Source: Raillietiella orientalis
Lineage: Eukaryota
Reading direction: 5' to 3'
Assembly (NCBI GenBank): GCA_036172245.1
Contig: JAYWIR010000096.1
Span: 62,001-126,000, forward strand
Length of the DNA stretch: 64,000 bases
Below are positions 12,499 to 22,000 of this stretch, piece after piece. Below the pieces are notes generated by a model, which was not told the origin of the DNA, made no database searches, and was given only the letters and a program-made list of their open reading frames with translations. A program made the position numbers and the translations under genes. The stretch's first letter is position 1; each line of letters begins with the position of its first letter.

Positions 12499-14286
12499 CT
12501 ATTTTTTGGCCTTCCTGAGCTTCTTCTGTCTGAGAGAGCGTGCTCTTCCAGACAATGAAGAAGCAGCGGGCTTCTCGCTGCCGGCGTCACTCTCCGTACC
12601 TGTGAGGTCGGTAATTTCCGCCTCCTCCGTAGAGTGTTCCGCCTGCGCGATCAATTTTCGAGATAGCGCCTCTATTTCGACCTTGGCGCAGAAGTTCGCC
12701 TTCACGTCGAGCAGCTGTTCCTCTAACTTCTCGCGTTCAGCGACCTCCACCACCTGGTTGATGTTCTCTTGTGCAGTGCAGATCTTCTGCAAGATTTTCT
12801 CTTGCTGAGAACCGCTCTGCACCTCCATGATCTCCTCCGCCAGTGTTGCCAACTCCTCCGTAGTCTGCAGAGCTTCCTGCGACACTTTAGTGGCTTCCTG
12901 TCTCTCTTCCTTCGCGCCTTCCTGCGCTACCTCCATCTTCTCGCCTTCCTGCTCTGGTGCTTCCAGGATTTGAAGAGATCCTTGCTCCTTGACGAGCATC
13001 CTCCTCTTTCCCTTCTTTCCCACTTCTATGAAGCCGTCCGCCGACACCGGGACGGCTTCTTTCACTTTTTTCTGCCTTCCTGCCTTCTGAGGCTGTTCGG
13101 CCTCCTTGATGTTTCTCTCTCTCACGGGAGAGAGACCTCGAATCCTTCTGCAGTTTTCAAACTCCGGACAGCTCCATTTCGCATGTCCGTGTTTCTTGCA
13201 GAAGGAGCACACCTCCGGCTGCGGGCAGTTTCGGACTTGATGTCCTACTTTGCCGCAGCGGAAACAACGACACGTTGGGCAAACCCCGGCCCTGTGGCCG
13301 AACTGCTTGCACCCGGTGCAGAATACCAGTTGTTGCCGGTAACGCACATTCACTCCCTGGGATTGTTCGTCAATAACGGCCAATCCAGGGATCACCGCTC
13401 CCTCCCTCAACTTCATCTTGGCGATCATGTCGCCATAAAATATGTTTCCAGAGAAGTTCTGGAAATCAAGGTCCAGAACTTCCCCAAACTGCTCCAAGTA
13501 ATTCCACACCGCTAGTTGCGGTGTGAGGATGGAGATGCCGTTTAAAAAGACGGTTGTGTATGGCATCTCGTCAATACCACAAACCATCCGTCCTTGTATA
13601 TTGATCCCCTTCTGGATCAATCGCTCTCTAATGTTTTTACAGTCTGTGAAGACTGTGAACCCGTTGTTTGATGAAATGATCGCCTGAATGCGATCAAAGT
13701 CTATGTCCGTCTTGTCGAGGGACAAATAGACCTCCCTGATGTTATTAAATTTTATTAGCCCCGTCTTGAAGATAATGGGCTTCACGTTAGGGCCTATTTC
13801 GACTATTGGTCGGTCCACTTTTAGTACTTTTCCGCTAAGCGGCTTACCGAATTTCCTAGGTGGGTGGACACTCGCCTGTCCAGCCGCCACCGACGCATAA
13901 GAAAAGGGCTGCGACGCCGCAGCCGAACAAGATGGCGTCGCTCCCTGCACCGCGTGGACGCCCGCGGGTCCCGCCTGGGACGCCACCGCCGCGGGCGCAA
14001 ACCTCGACGTTGCCGCCGTTACCGCTGCGGGCGGCACCCTCGGCATCGCCGCCGCAGGCGCGACCTTCCTCGCCGCGGGCACGATCCTCGGCGTCGCCGC
14101 CGCGGGCACGACCTCCGCCGTCGTCGCCGCGGGCACGACCCTTGGCATCGCCGCCGCCGGCGCAGCAAAGCCCGCCGCGGGCGCGATCCTCGGCATGCCT
14201 GCTACCGTCTCGCCGTTGCCGCACGTTACCTCCATGGCTTCCATGGGGGACGACGGTCTCTCCACTCCTCTTCTAGGTGCCTGCAT
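12499..14286 (-). CDS. Y ORF1: Ala/Pro-repeat N-terminus, three CCHC zinc knuckles, acidic coiled-coil-like tail
   Basis: Open frame; SYASVA; CTGCKQFGHRAGVC, CFRCGKVGHQVRNC, CSFCKKHGHAKWSC; first ATG at 14286. Confidence 0.9.
   Translation of the reverse strand: MQAPRRGVERPSSPMEAMEVTCGNGETVAGMPRIAPAAGFAAPAAAMPRVVPAATTAEVVPAAATPRIVPAARKVAPAAAMPRVPPAAVTAATSRFAPAAVASQAGPAGVHAVQGATPSCSAAASQPFSYASVAAGQASVHPPRKFGKPLSGKVLKVDRPIVEIGPNVKPIIFKTGLIKFNNIREVYLSLDKTDIDFDRIQAIISSNNGFTVFTDCKNIRERLIQKGINIQGRMVCGIDEMPYTTVFLNGISILTPQLAVWNYLEQFGEVLDLDFQNFSGNIFYGDMIAKMKLREGAVIPGLAVIDEQSQGVNVRYRQQLVFCTGCKQFGHRAGVCPTCRCFRCGKVGHQVRNCPQPEVCSFCKKHGHAKWSCPEFENCRRIRGLSPVRERNIKEAEQPQKAGRQKKVKEAVPVSADGFIEVGKKGKRRMLVKEQGSLQILEAPEQEGEKMEVAQEGAKEERQEATKVSQEALQTTEELATLAEEIMEVQSGSQQEKILQKICTAQENINQVVEVAEREKLEEQLLDVKANFCAKVEIEALSRKLIAQAEHSTEEAEITDLTGTESDAGSEKPAASSLSGRARSLRQKKLRKAKK
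13975..14200 (-). repeat. Imperfect coding tandem repeat (about 9-10 aa unit, AAAMPRVVPA-like) in Y ORF1
   Basis: Recurrent cgccgcgggcacgac / cggcatcgccgccg units; the copy at about 19895-20100 has a shorter array. Confidence 0.75.
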
Positions 14287-14471
14287 CCTGGCAGCTGGTC
14301 TTGCTGCACGGGACCACTGCAGGTCCTTTGCCGCGATCTCCTCGCCGCTTCTTTTTTTTTGTTTCTTCTGGAAAACTTCCCCTTTCCGGGCACACACGAG
14401 CACAATGAACTGATTAAGTTGTCAAGCGCACAATACTTCGAGCCGCGGAGCAAGTTCACCGACTCGGCAGG

Positions 14472-15130
14472 AGCGGAGCGATCTGCCGACTGTCAAGAAG
14501 TTGACTCCGTTGCCGCCTTTTAAAGGCGTAGCGAAATCAACGCCATCAGAGAACGCAGCGAAAATCCCGGAGGTTTCCGCAACTACTGTCGCGGAAGCCT
14601 CCGAAAATCGCGAAGGCAAATGGAAGGTTGTGGAGAGGAGGAAAGAAAAATCTCCAAAGAAAGCTCCGCAACCTCCATCCCTGAGCTCTTCCAAAGGAAA
14701 AAGCAGTCGCGCGAATACGAAAACACGCGCGGCTTGTGACTCTTCGAAGGAAAAAGCCAACGCCTTCAACGCAAGCAAGTCCGCTTCTGTGACCGCCGAG
14801 AAGACCATTCCGGTGCAATCGGACGGATGCAAGCGCACGTCGATCGTGCGAGCATCAGACTTCCCAAAGGAGTCCGATAACGCAGCTGAACGACGCGTAA
14901 CTCGCGCGGGAGCGAGCGCCCGCAGGGCTGAAGCCCTGAGGCGTGACACACTCGCCGCGGAACGGCGAGTGCTCACCCCGGAACCCACAGGTTCTGCACC
15001 CGGGGAGGAGGACCCGATTACGTGCAGCACAGTTGAGGCCGGTGCCAACCGCGCCCTCCAGCCCGTCGTGCTGCTTACTGCCCGCTCGCCGGGTGAGGCG
15101 AGCACCACGGCCTCGCTTTCCCAGCCGTGA
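14472..15130 (+). CDS. X1 ORF1, C-terminal part
   Basis: Continues the frame of 7604 (PSPTRQ|ERSDLPTVKK); its stop overlaps the ORF2 start (TGATG). Confidence 0.85.
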
Positions 15131-18100
15131 TGAGGGCAATCGCGTCTTCTCGTCGTGTTGCCGTAACGTCTTGGAACGTCAACGGGCTCCAACACGAGGA
15201 GAAGAGGCGACTAGGGGCTGACGCTCTGCGCGCCTTCGACTTGACGCTCCTGCAGGAGATTCACAGCATCTCCGGAGAGCAGGCTGCCGAAATCGAACGG
15301 CGCGCGGGCGGAACGCTACTTTATAGGTGCGGCGTTGCACGTACGTGCGGCGTCGCTTTCCTCGTGCGAGGAACTGTGGCGGGAGCGGTGCGCAGCGTTC
15401 GTTTCGACACGGAAGGCCGAGTGGGACAGCTTGTACTCAAGTGGTCCGACTCGATCGACCTTGTCGTAACCAACGTGTACGCGCCGAGCGGTGCTGGACG
15501 ATGGGCCGAAAGGATTGAGTTCTTCGGTACCCTTCAAGGCCAGTGGCTCACTCGATCTCACCCTACTGTGGCCCATCTCATTGCGGGGGACTTAAACGTC
15601 CACCTGCTTTCCGAGAATAGATCCCACAAAAGGGAAAAGTTGCTAGCGGAAGAGATGTGCGCGTCCGTGCACGCGTGCAACTTGTTCGCTAGCGACCCTG
15701 TTATGGCAGCAACGCCGGACCACGTATACCTTGATGAACACTTGCTCTGTCGAGTGGGTCGGAGAGGTCCCGTGCCGTCCGTGCTTTCAGACCACAACAG
15801 GCTCGAGTTCGAGTTGCTCCCGCCAGGCAAGGGGCCTCCAAACTGTTTTTTGAGGATGCCGGCAGACTGGCTAAGCCACCCGGAGGCGGCTGAGCATCTT
15901 CGCCAGTACCTCCTCGGCTTTGCCATAAGTGAGCTCGAGGACTGGGACGATCTGAAAAGATCGGTCCGCGAGTTCTGCTGTCGGTTTCCCTTGCACCAGC
16001 TTCCGCGCGGCTTCGGAGAGGGCGTAGCCAACAGCAGAGATTTTCTGAAGGCCCGCTCCTTTTCCAGGCGCGCGGACGTTGGTCGATTATCCGAGTACAA
16101 GGCCAAGGCCGAGCGCCAGGTCTGGGAGTCAGGGGCGACAGTTCTGCTCGACGACCAGGACCGGGAATGCTCGGCACCAGCCGACGTGCGACGGATAGTC
16201 AGGCGCTATTACTCTTCTCTGTATGCAGAGGCACCGACGGAACGCAGCCTCTCCCGGCTGCTTCTGCCGATTGATGCACCTGTTGTAGACAAGGAGGAAC
16301 GCGCGCGTCTTGATGAGCCCTTCACGGCAGAGGAAATTTCCTCGGCCATCTCGGGGCTCAAGAGACGAAAAGCGCCAGGCGAAGATGGGCTCCTCGCGGA
16401 ATTCTTTCAGTGTTTTGCGGCGGAGCTCATCCCTCTGGTGCTCCAGCTCTCGTCGCTGATGCGAGACTCGCGCGATGTCCCCGCCTCGTTTCGCTCAGCG
16501 AAGATGCGTCTACTGCCGAAAGGCGGAGATTTGCGCCAACTAAACAACTGGCGTCCGATCACATTAGTGAATTCGGACGTCAAGTTGTTCTCGAAACTTT
16601 GGGTGGCGCGGATAAGTAGGATCGCGGAATCTTTGGTAAGTCCGGAGCAGACGTACGCTGTTCCTGGGCGGTCCATGGACGCGAATCTCTTGTTCATCCG
16701 CACATGGCTGCAATTGCAGCATCGTGTGGCGGTGGATCGTCGTGCGGAAGCGAAGCCTTCGATCTCTCACCGACGGAGGCGCGGGACGCAAAGGGAGACA
16801 CCGGGAGCCTTGGCGGTTGCAGTCGATCTGCACAAAGCTTTCGATTGCGTGAACCAAAAGCTTCTTCTTGAGCTTTTGGAACGTCTGGGTCTTCCGGCAT
16901 CCCTGTTGGCGTACTTGCGCTCCTGCTGGCGCCACGCGATTACATCCATTGTTTTCAGTGGCTGGCGCGTGTACGGCGTGCCGGTACGACGAGGAATTAG
17001 GCAGGGTGACAGCTTAAGCCCACTGCTCTTCAGCATCTATTTTGAATTGGTGCTGAAGGCTTACAGGCTGACGCTAGCCAACCTGCCGAGCTCCTGTCCA
17101 GGTACGCCCGCCGTGGCAGCCTATGCCGACGACCTGCTTCTCCTGTTGCCCATGTCCACCCCGACAGCGTCGCTTGAAGATTTCGTTGAGTTGATCCGTC
17201 GTGGTGCGGGCGTGAGCGTTAACAGGAGTAAGTGTATGGTTGTTCCGGTTGGTGCGACGTGGGAGGGGCAGTCCGACTGGATCGACCTGGGGATCCCCAC
17301 GGGCAGGTACCTCAGGTACCTTGGCGTGCCGTTGGGCGACTTCTGCATCTCAGAAGCGTGGTCGGACTGCCTTCGGAAGGCAGAGCGTGCACTTAGCCCG
17401 TTTTCAGGAGGCGAGTTCGTCTTGCCGGAACGGGCCTGCATCTGCAACACCTTCGTTGCCCCCCTCCTCCGCCCCCTGTTTTTTGTTTGTCCACCCCCCC
17501 AGGAAGTCAAAGTCTGGGCGCAGCGCCTTCTACGCAAAGCGTTGTGGGGCGCTGCAAGATCCCGTGTTAGACTTAAAGACTTGGTGGCGCCGCGTCAGGA
17601 TGCAGGCTTGGGCATCCTCGACTTAAACAGCATCGAACTGCAGGTGCAGTTTCGCATGCTACGGCTCTGTGCCAAGCTGTGGTGTACGCCGTGGTGCTTA
17701 CCCGCACGCCTTATACTGAGGCGCTGCACGGGAAGCGAGGGACTGCTTTCGTTGCTACCCCACTTTCGGCACACCAGAATAGGGTTTGGCTTTCCGCTGA
17801 GGCAGCTGTCCTCACTGCTGGAAGCCCAAAGCTGGATCTCCTGCCGCCCCATGAACATTAATGCATGGCGGCAGGAATCTTTTTCATCGTGGGCAGCTTC
17901 CGAAGGAACGCGCCCGGAAGATCTTCGACGCCTGCGACTTCTCCTCAGTCATCAAATGGACGAAGTGATGCAGGACAAGAAGTTGTCGGAACGTCTGGCC
18001 GCCACACCACTCGCCGCAGCGCTGTCTGCCATCAAAGCAAGCAACGACGGTTGCCTAGCGGCGGAATGGGAGTTCTGCAAAATAGCAAGAGTCAGTAAGC

Positions 18101-18699
18101 TCCTCGGCAGCTGGACGACAAAGGAGCTGGTGCAAGCCGCCACACCTCGGAATCGGGCGAAGGGACTGCTTCGGTGGAGCGAACATTTGAGTGTGCCCCC
18201 CGGAGAGATAGTGGTTCCCCCCGTTTGTTTGGACAGCTCCGTGTTCCCCCTTAAGTGGAAACAAGATGTGCTGCTCTTTTTACATTGTGCATTTCACTGT
18301 AATAGGCAGCGAAGTAAAGTTTCCGGGGGAGCCGCTTTGCCAAACTGTTCAAGCTGCGGAGAGATCGAGTCTTTTCCGCACCTTTTGCTGGACTGCGGTG
18401 ACCTCCTGGAACTGTGGCGAAGGCTCACTTCGGCCATCATGCCACAAGGAGGCACTGCCATTGATGTGCTGCGGCGCTTCTTCAGCAGAAATGGACTTTC
18501 GGTTGGCGCGATTGTCGCAACCATGTGTTGCGTTCGCGCCATCGTGAAGGCCCACTATGCCCTGGAGTTGTCATCGCAGCGAAGGGAGGCTCACCTGCTT
18601 GCAGCTCAATTCATGGAGAAGGCTTCGAGGTGGTCTCATCTTCGTGACAAGGTGAATGAGGACATCACCGGCATACATCGCCGGTTTACACACCTTTGA
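15130..18699 (+). CDS. X1 ORF2: intact APE endonuclease-reverse transcriptase-CCHC protein (about 1189 aa)
   Basis: SWNVNGL, LQEIH, NVYAP, GDLN, DH, SDH; NWRPITLVN, DLHKAFD, GIRQGDSLSPLLF, YADD, RYLG; CSSCGEIESFPHLLLDC. Confidence 0.95.
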   Translation: MRAIASSRRVAVTSWNVNGLQHEEKRRLGADALRAFDLTLLQEIHSISGEQAAEIERRAGGTLLYRCGVARTCGVAFLVRGTVAGAVRSVRFDTEGRVGQLVLKWSDSIDLVVTNVYAPSGAGRWAERIEFFGTLQGQWLTRSHPTVAHLIAGDLNVHLLSENRSHKREKLLAEEMCASVHACNLFASDPVMAATPDHVYLDEHLLCRVGRRGPVPSVLSDHNRLEFELLPPGKGPPNCFLRMPADWLSHPEAAEHLRQYLLGFAISELEDWDDLKRSVREFCCRFPLHQLPRGFGEGVANSRDFLKARSFSRRADVGRLSEYKAKAERQVWESGATVLLDDQDRECSAPADVRRIVRRYYSSLYAEAPTERSLSRLLLPIDAPVVDKEERARLDEPFTAEEISSAISGLKRRKAPGEDGLLAEFFQCFAAELIPLVLQLSSLMRDSRDVPASFRSAKMRLLPKGGDLRQLNNWRPITLVNSDVKLFSKLWVARISRIAESLVSPEQTYAVPGRSMDANLLFIRTWLQLQHRVAVDRRAEAKPSISHRRRRGTQRETPGALAVAVDLHKAFDCVNQKLLLELLERLGLPASLLAYLRSCWRHAITSIVFSGWRVYGVPVRRGIRQGDSLSPLLFSIYFELVLKAYRLTLANLPSSCPGTPAVAAYADDLLLLLPMSTPTASLEDFVELIRRGAGVSVNRSKCMVVPVGATWEGQSDWIDLGIPTGRYLRYLGVPLGDFCISEAWSDCLRKAERALSPFSGGEFVLPERACICNTFVAPLLRPLFFVCPPPQEVKVWAQRLLRKALWGAARSRVRLKDLVAPRQDAGLGILDLNSIELQVQFRMLRLCAKLWCTPWCLPARLILRRCTGSEGLLSLLPHFRHTRIGFGFPLRQLSSLLEAQSWISCRPMNINAWRQESFSSWAASEGTRPEDLRRLRLLLSHQMDEVMQDKKLSERLAATPLAAALSAIKASNDGCLAAEWEFCKIARVSKLLGSWTTKELVQAATPRNRAKGLLRWSEHLSVPPGEIVVPPVCLDSSVFPLKWKQDVLLFLHCAFHCNRQRSKVSGGAALPNCSSCGEIESFPHLLLDCGDLLELWRRLTSAIMPQGGTAIDVLRRFFSRNGLSVGAIVATMCCVRAIVKAHYALELSSQRREAHLLAAQFMEKASRWSHLRDKVNEDITGIHRRFTHL

Positions 18700-19025
18700 G
18701 AACGGCGTAATGTGGTTACCCCTGCGACCTCTCGCCCACCCATACCCCGTCCCCGTTCGCTCGGTAAAATTTCCGGTGCCCATGCTTTTATCCCCGTGTC
18801 TTCCAGAGCGATCCCAAAGACCCTTATCCCGTCCTTCTTATTCATTGTTTTTATTTTATTTTGGTTTCTTTGTGTTTCCCGCCCGCCCACACCGTTCAAA
18901 AAACTGTTACTCTGGCCTGCGTGCCAGCAATATTCTCTTCATTCTTGTTCAGTCGTCGGTTAGAGTTTGGTTCCCAACTGGTTTATTTTGTATAATTGCT
19001 TTTTTTTTTTGGTTATGTTATATGG

Positions 19026-19055
19026 AATAAACGCCCCGGCGTGACCGGGTGAGAA
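19026..19055 (+). terminator. AATAAA signal plus terminal GC hairpin, representative copy
   Basis: AATAAAcgcCCCGGcgtgaCCGGGtgagaa; an equivalent occurs at every intact 3' end. Confidence 0.7.
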
Positions 19056-19069
19056 ATCTCTTGCGCTCG

Positions 19070-22000
19070 TACAGTGCAGACGTGTTTTCGAATCTATCCG
19101 CGCCAACGATCGGGCAACTTTGTGCCTGCGTTTTTGCTCGCACTTGTGTGTTCCTGTGCAATCTGCCAAGTAGCATAGTGCAACATGGCCAGTACACAGG
19201 ATAGTGTGGAGGAGCAAGCCACTGGATGCACTTCAGCTGCACTTGAAGTGGCCGCATCCTCCGTAATGGTTTCCTCGCCCCCGGTGAGAAGATACGCCGC
19301 CGTTACCTCTTAAAGACCAGGACCCTGCGATGCGGAGTTCCAGGCATATGTGTCATCAGGATACATGCCTGCACTCCGTTATAAGGTCTGTGGCCCCCTT
19401 AACGGGAGAATCGGTCGTGAGCTTAATGATGAGCTCGTCCGGATCGGCGTTCGCGAGGAGGAACTCCTTGCCATAATGCCTGCTGGCAGGATGGAATATA
19501 CGAAGATTCGGTGCAAGAACGCAGCACTTATGCAGCGCCTTCTCCGTACGCCGGTTTTACAGTCTGTAAAGACTGTGAACCCGTTGTTCGATGAAATGAT
19601 CGCCTGAATGCGATCGAGGTCTATGTCCGTCTTGTCGAGGGACAAATAGACGTCCCTGATGTTATTAAATTTTATTAGCCCCGTCTTGAAGATAATGGGC
19701 TTTACGTTGGTGCTTATTTCGACTATTGGTCGGTCCACTTTTAGAACTTTTCCGCTAAGCGGCTTACCGAATTTCCTAGGTGGGTGGACACTCGCCTGTC
19801 CAGCCGCCACCGACGCATAAGAAAAGGGCTGCGACGCCGCAGACGAACAAGATGGCGTCGCTCCCTGCACCGCGTGGACGCCCGCGGGTCCCGCCTGGGA
19901 CGCCACCGCCGCGGGCGCAAATCTCGACGTTGCCGCCGTTACCGCCGCGGGCGGCACCCTCGGAATCGCCGCCGCAGGCGCGACCTTCCCCGCCGCGGGC
20001 ACGATCGTCGGCGTCGCCGCCGCGAGCACGACCTCCGCCGTCGTCGCCGCGGGCACGAGCATTGGCATCGGCGCCGCCGGCGCGATCCTCGGCATGCCTG
20101 CCGCCACCTCGCCGTTGCCGCACGTTACCTCCATGGCTTCCATGGGGGACGACGGTCTCTCCACTCCTCCTCTATGTGCCTGCATTCTGGCAGCTGGTCT
20201 TGCTGCACGGGACCAGTGTAGGTCTTTTGCCGCGATCTCCTTGCCGCTTCTTTGTTTTTAGTTTCGTCTGGAAAACTTCCCCTCTCCGGGCACACACGAG
20301 CACAATTAACTGATTACTTTGTCAAGCGCACAATACTTTGAGCCGAGGAGCAAGTTCGCCGACTAGGCAGGAGAGGAGCAATCTCCCTACTGTCAAGAAG
20401 GTGACTCCGTTGCCGCCGTTTAAAGGCGTAGCGAAATCAACGCCATCAGAGAACGCAGCGAAAATCCCGGAGGTTTCCGCAACTACTGTCGCGGAAGCCT
20501 CCGAAAATCGCGAAGGCAAATGGAAGGTTGTGGAGAGAAGGAAAGAAAAATCTCCAAATAGAGCTCCGCAACCTTCATCCCTGAGCTCTTCCAAAGGAAA
20601 AAGAAGTCGCGGGAATACGAAAACACGCGCGGCTTGTCACTCTGCCAAGGAAAAAGCCAGAGCCTTCAACGCCTTCAAGTCCGCTTCTGTGACCGCCGAG
20701 AAGACCATTCCGGTGTAATCGGACGGATGCAAGCGCACGTCGATCGTGCGAGCATCAGACTCCGCAAAGGAGTCCGATAACGCAGCTGAACGACGCGTTA
20801 CTCGCGCTGGAGCGAGCGTCCGCAGGGCTGAAGCCCTGAAGCGTGGCACACTCGCCGCGGAACGGCCAGTGCTCACCCCGGAACCCACAGGTTCTGCACC
20901 CGGGGAGGAGAACCCGATTACGTGCAGCACAGTTGAGGCCGGTGGCGACCGCGCCCTCCAGCCCGTCGTGCTGCTTACTGCCCGCTCGCCGGGTGAAGCG
21001 AGCACCACGGCCTGGCTTTCCCAGCCGTGATGAGGGCAATCGCGTCTTCTCGTCGTGTTGCCGTAACGTCTTGGAACGTCAACGGGCTCCAACACGAGGA
21101 GAAGAGGCGACTAGTGGCTGACGCTCTGCGCGCCTTCGACTTGACGCTCTTGCAGGAGATTCACAGCATCTCCGGAGAGCAGGCTGCCGAAATCGAACGG
21201 CACGCGGGCGGAACGCTAATTTATAGGTGCGACGTTGCACGTACGTGCGGCGTCGCTTTCCTCGTGCGAGGAACTTTGGCGGGAGCGGTGCGCAGCGTTC
21301 GTTTCGACACGGAAGACCGAGTGGGAGAGCTTGTACTCAAGTGGTCCGACTCGATCGACCTTGTCGTAACCAACGTGTACGCGCCGACCGGTGCTGGACG
21401 ATGGGCCGAGAGGATAGAGTTCTTCGGTACCATACAAAGCCAGTGGCTCACTCGATCTCACCCTACTGTGGCCCATCTTATTGCGGGGGACTTTAAGGTC
21501 CACCTGCTTTCCGAGAATAGATCCCACAAAAGGGAATAGTTGCTAGCGGAAGAGATGTGCGCGTCCGTGCACGCGTGCAACTTGTTCGCTAGCGACCCTG
21601 TTATGGCAGCAACGCCGAACCACGTATACCTTGATGAACACTTGCTCTGTCGAGTGGGTCGGAGAGGTCCCGTGCCGTCCGTTCTTTCAGACCACAACAG
21701 GCTCGAGTTCGAGTTGCTGTCGCCAGGCAAGGGGCCTCCAAACTGTTTTTGGAGGATGACGGCAGACTGACTAAGCCACCCGGATGCGGCTGAGCATCTT
21801 AGCCAGTACCTCCTCGGCTTTGCCTCAAGTGAGCTCGAGGACTGGGACGATCTAAAAAGATCGGTCAGCGAGTTCTGCTGCCGTTTTCCCTCGCACCAGC
21901 TACCGCGCGACTTCGGAAAGAACGTAGCCAACAGCAGAGGTTTTCTGCAGGCGCGCGGACGTTGGTCGATTATTGGAGTACAAGTCCAAGTCCGAGCGCC

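Larger units (their letters stand above)
8850..14455 (-). mobile_element. Full-length family-Y L1/Tx1-type LINE nested antisense in X1 ORF1
   Basis: 16-bp TSD, ORF1, EN, RT, CCHC, 3' AATAAA plus hairpin. Confidence 0.95.
7489..19055 (+). mobile_element. Full-length family-X LINE (X1) carrying a nested Y element
   Basis: 5' UTR with AGACGTG, ORF1, ORF2, 3' UTR, AATAAA at 19026 plus hairpin; flanked by atctcctgcgctcg (7475-7488) and atctcttgcgctcg (19056-19069). Confidence 0.93.

Noticed and set aside
12499..14286. Zinc-knuckle ORF as the gag of an LTR element
   Set aside because: No LTRs, protease or integrase are present, and it is followed directly by APE-RT.
15130..18699. RTs as prokaryotic group II intron, retron or DGR enzymes
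   Set aside because: An N-terminal APE endonuclease, an upstream zinc-knuckle ORF1, a C-terminal CCHC and TSDs define eukaryotic non-LTR elements.
19026..19069. Recurrent palindromic cgccccgg...ccgggtg motif read as CRISPR repeat, integron attC or recombinase site
   Set aside because: It always lies at LINE 3' ends after AATAAA, copies are kilobases apart, and there is no cas, integrase or recombinase ORF.
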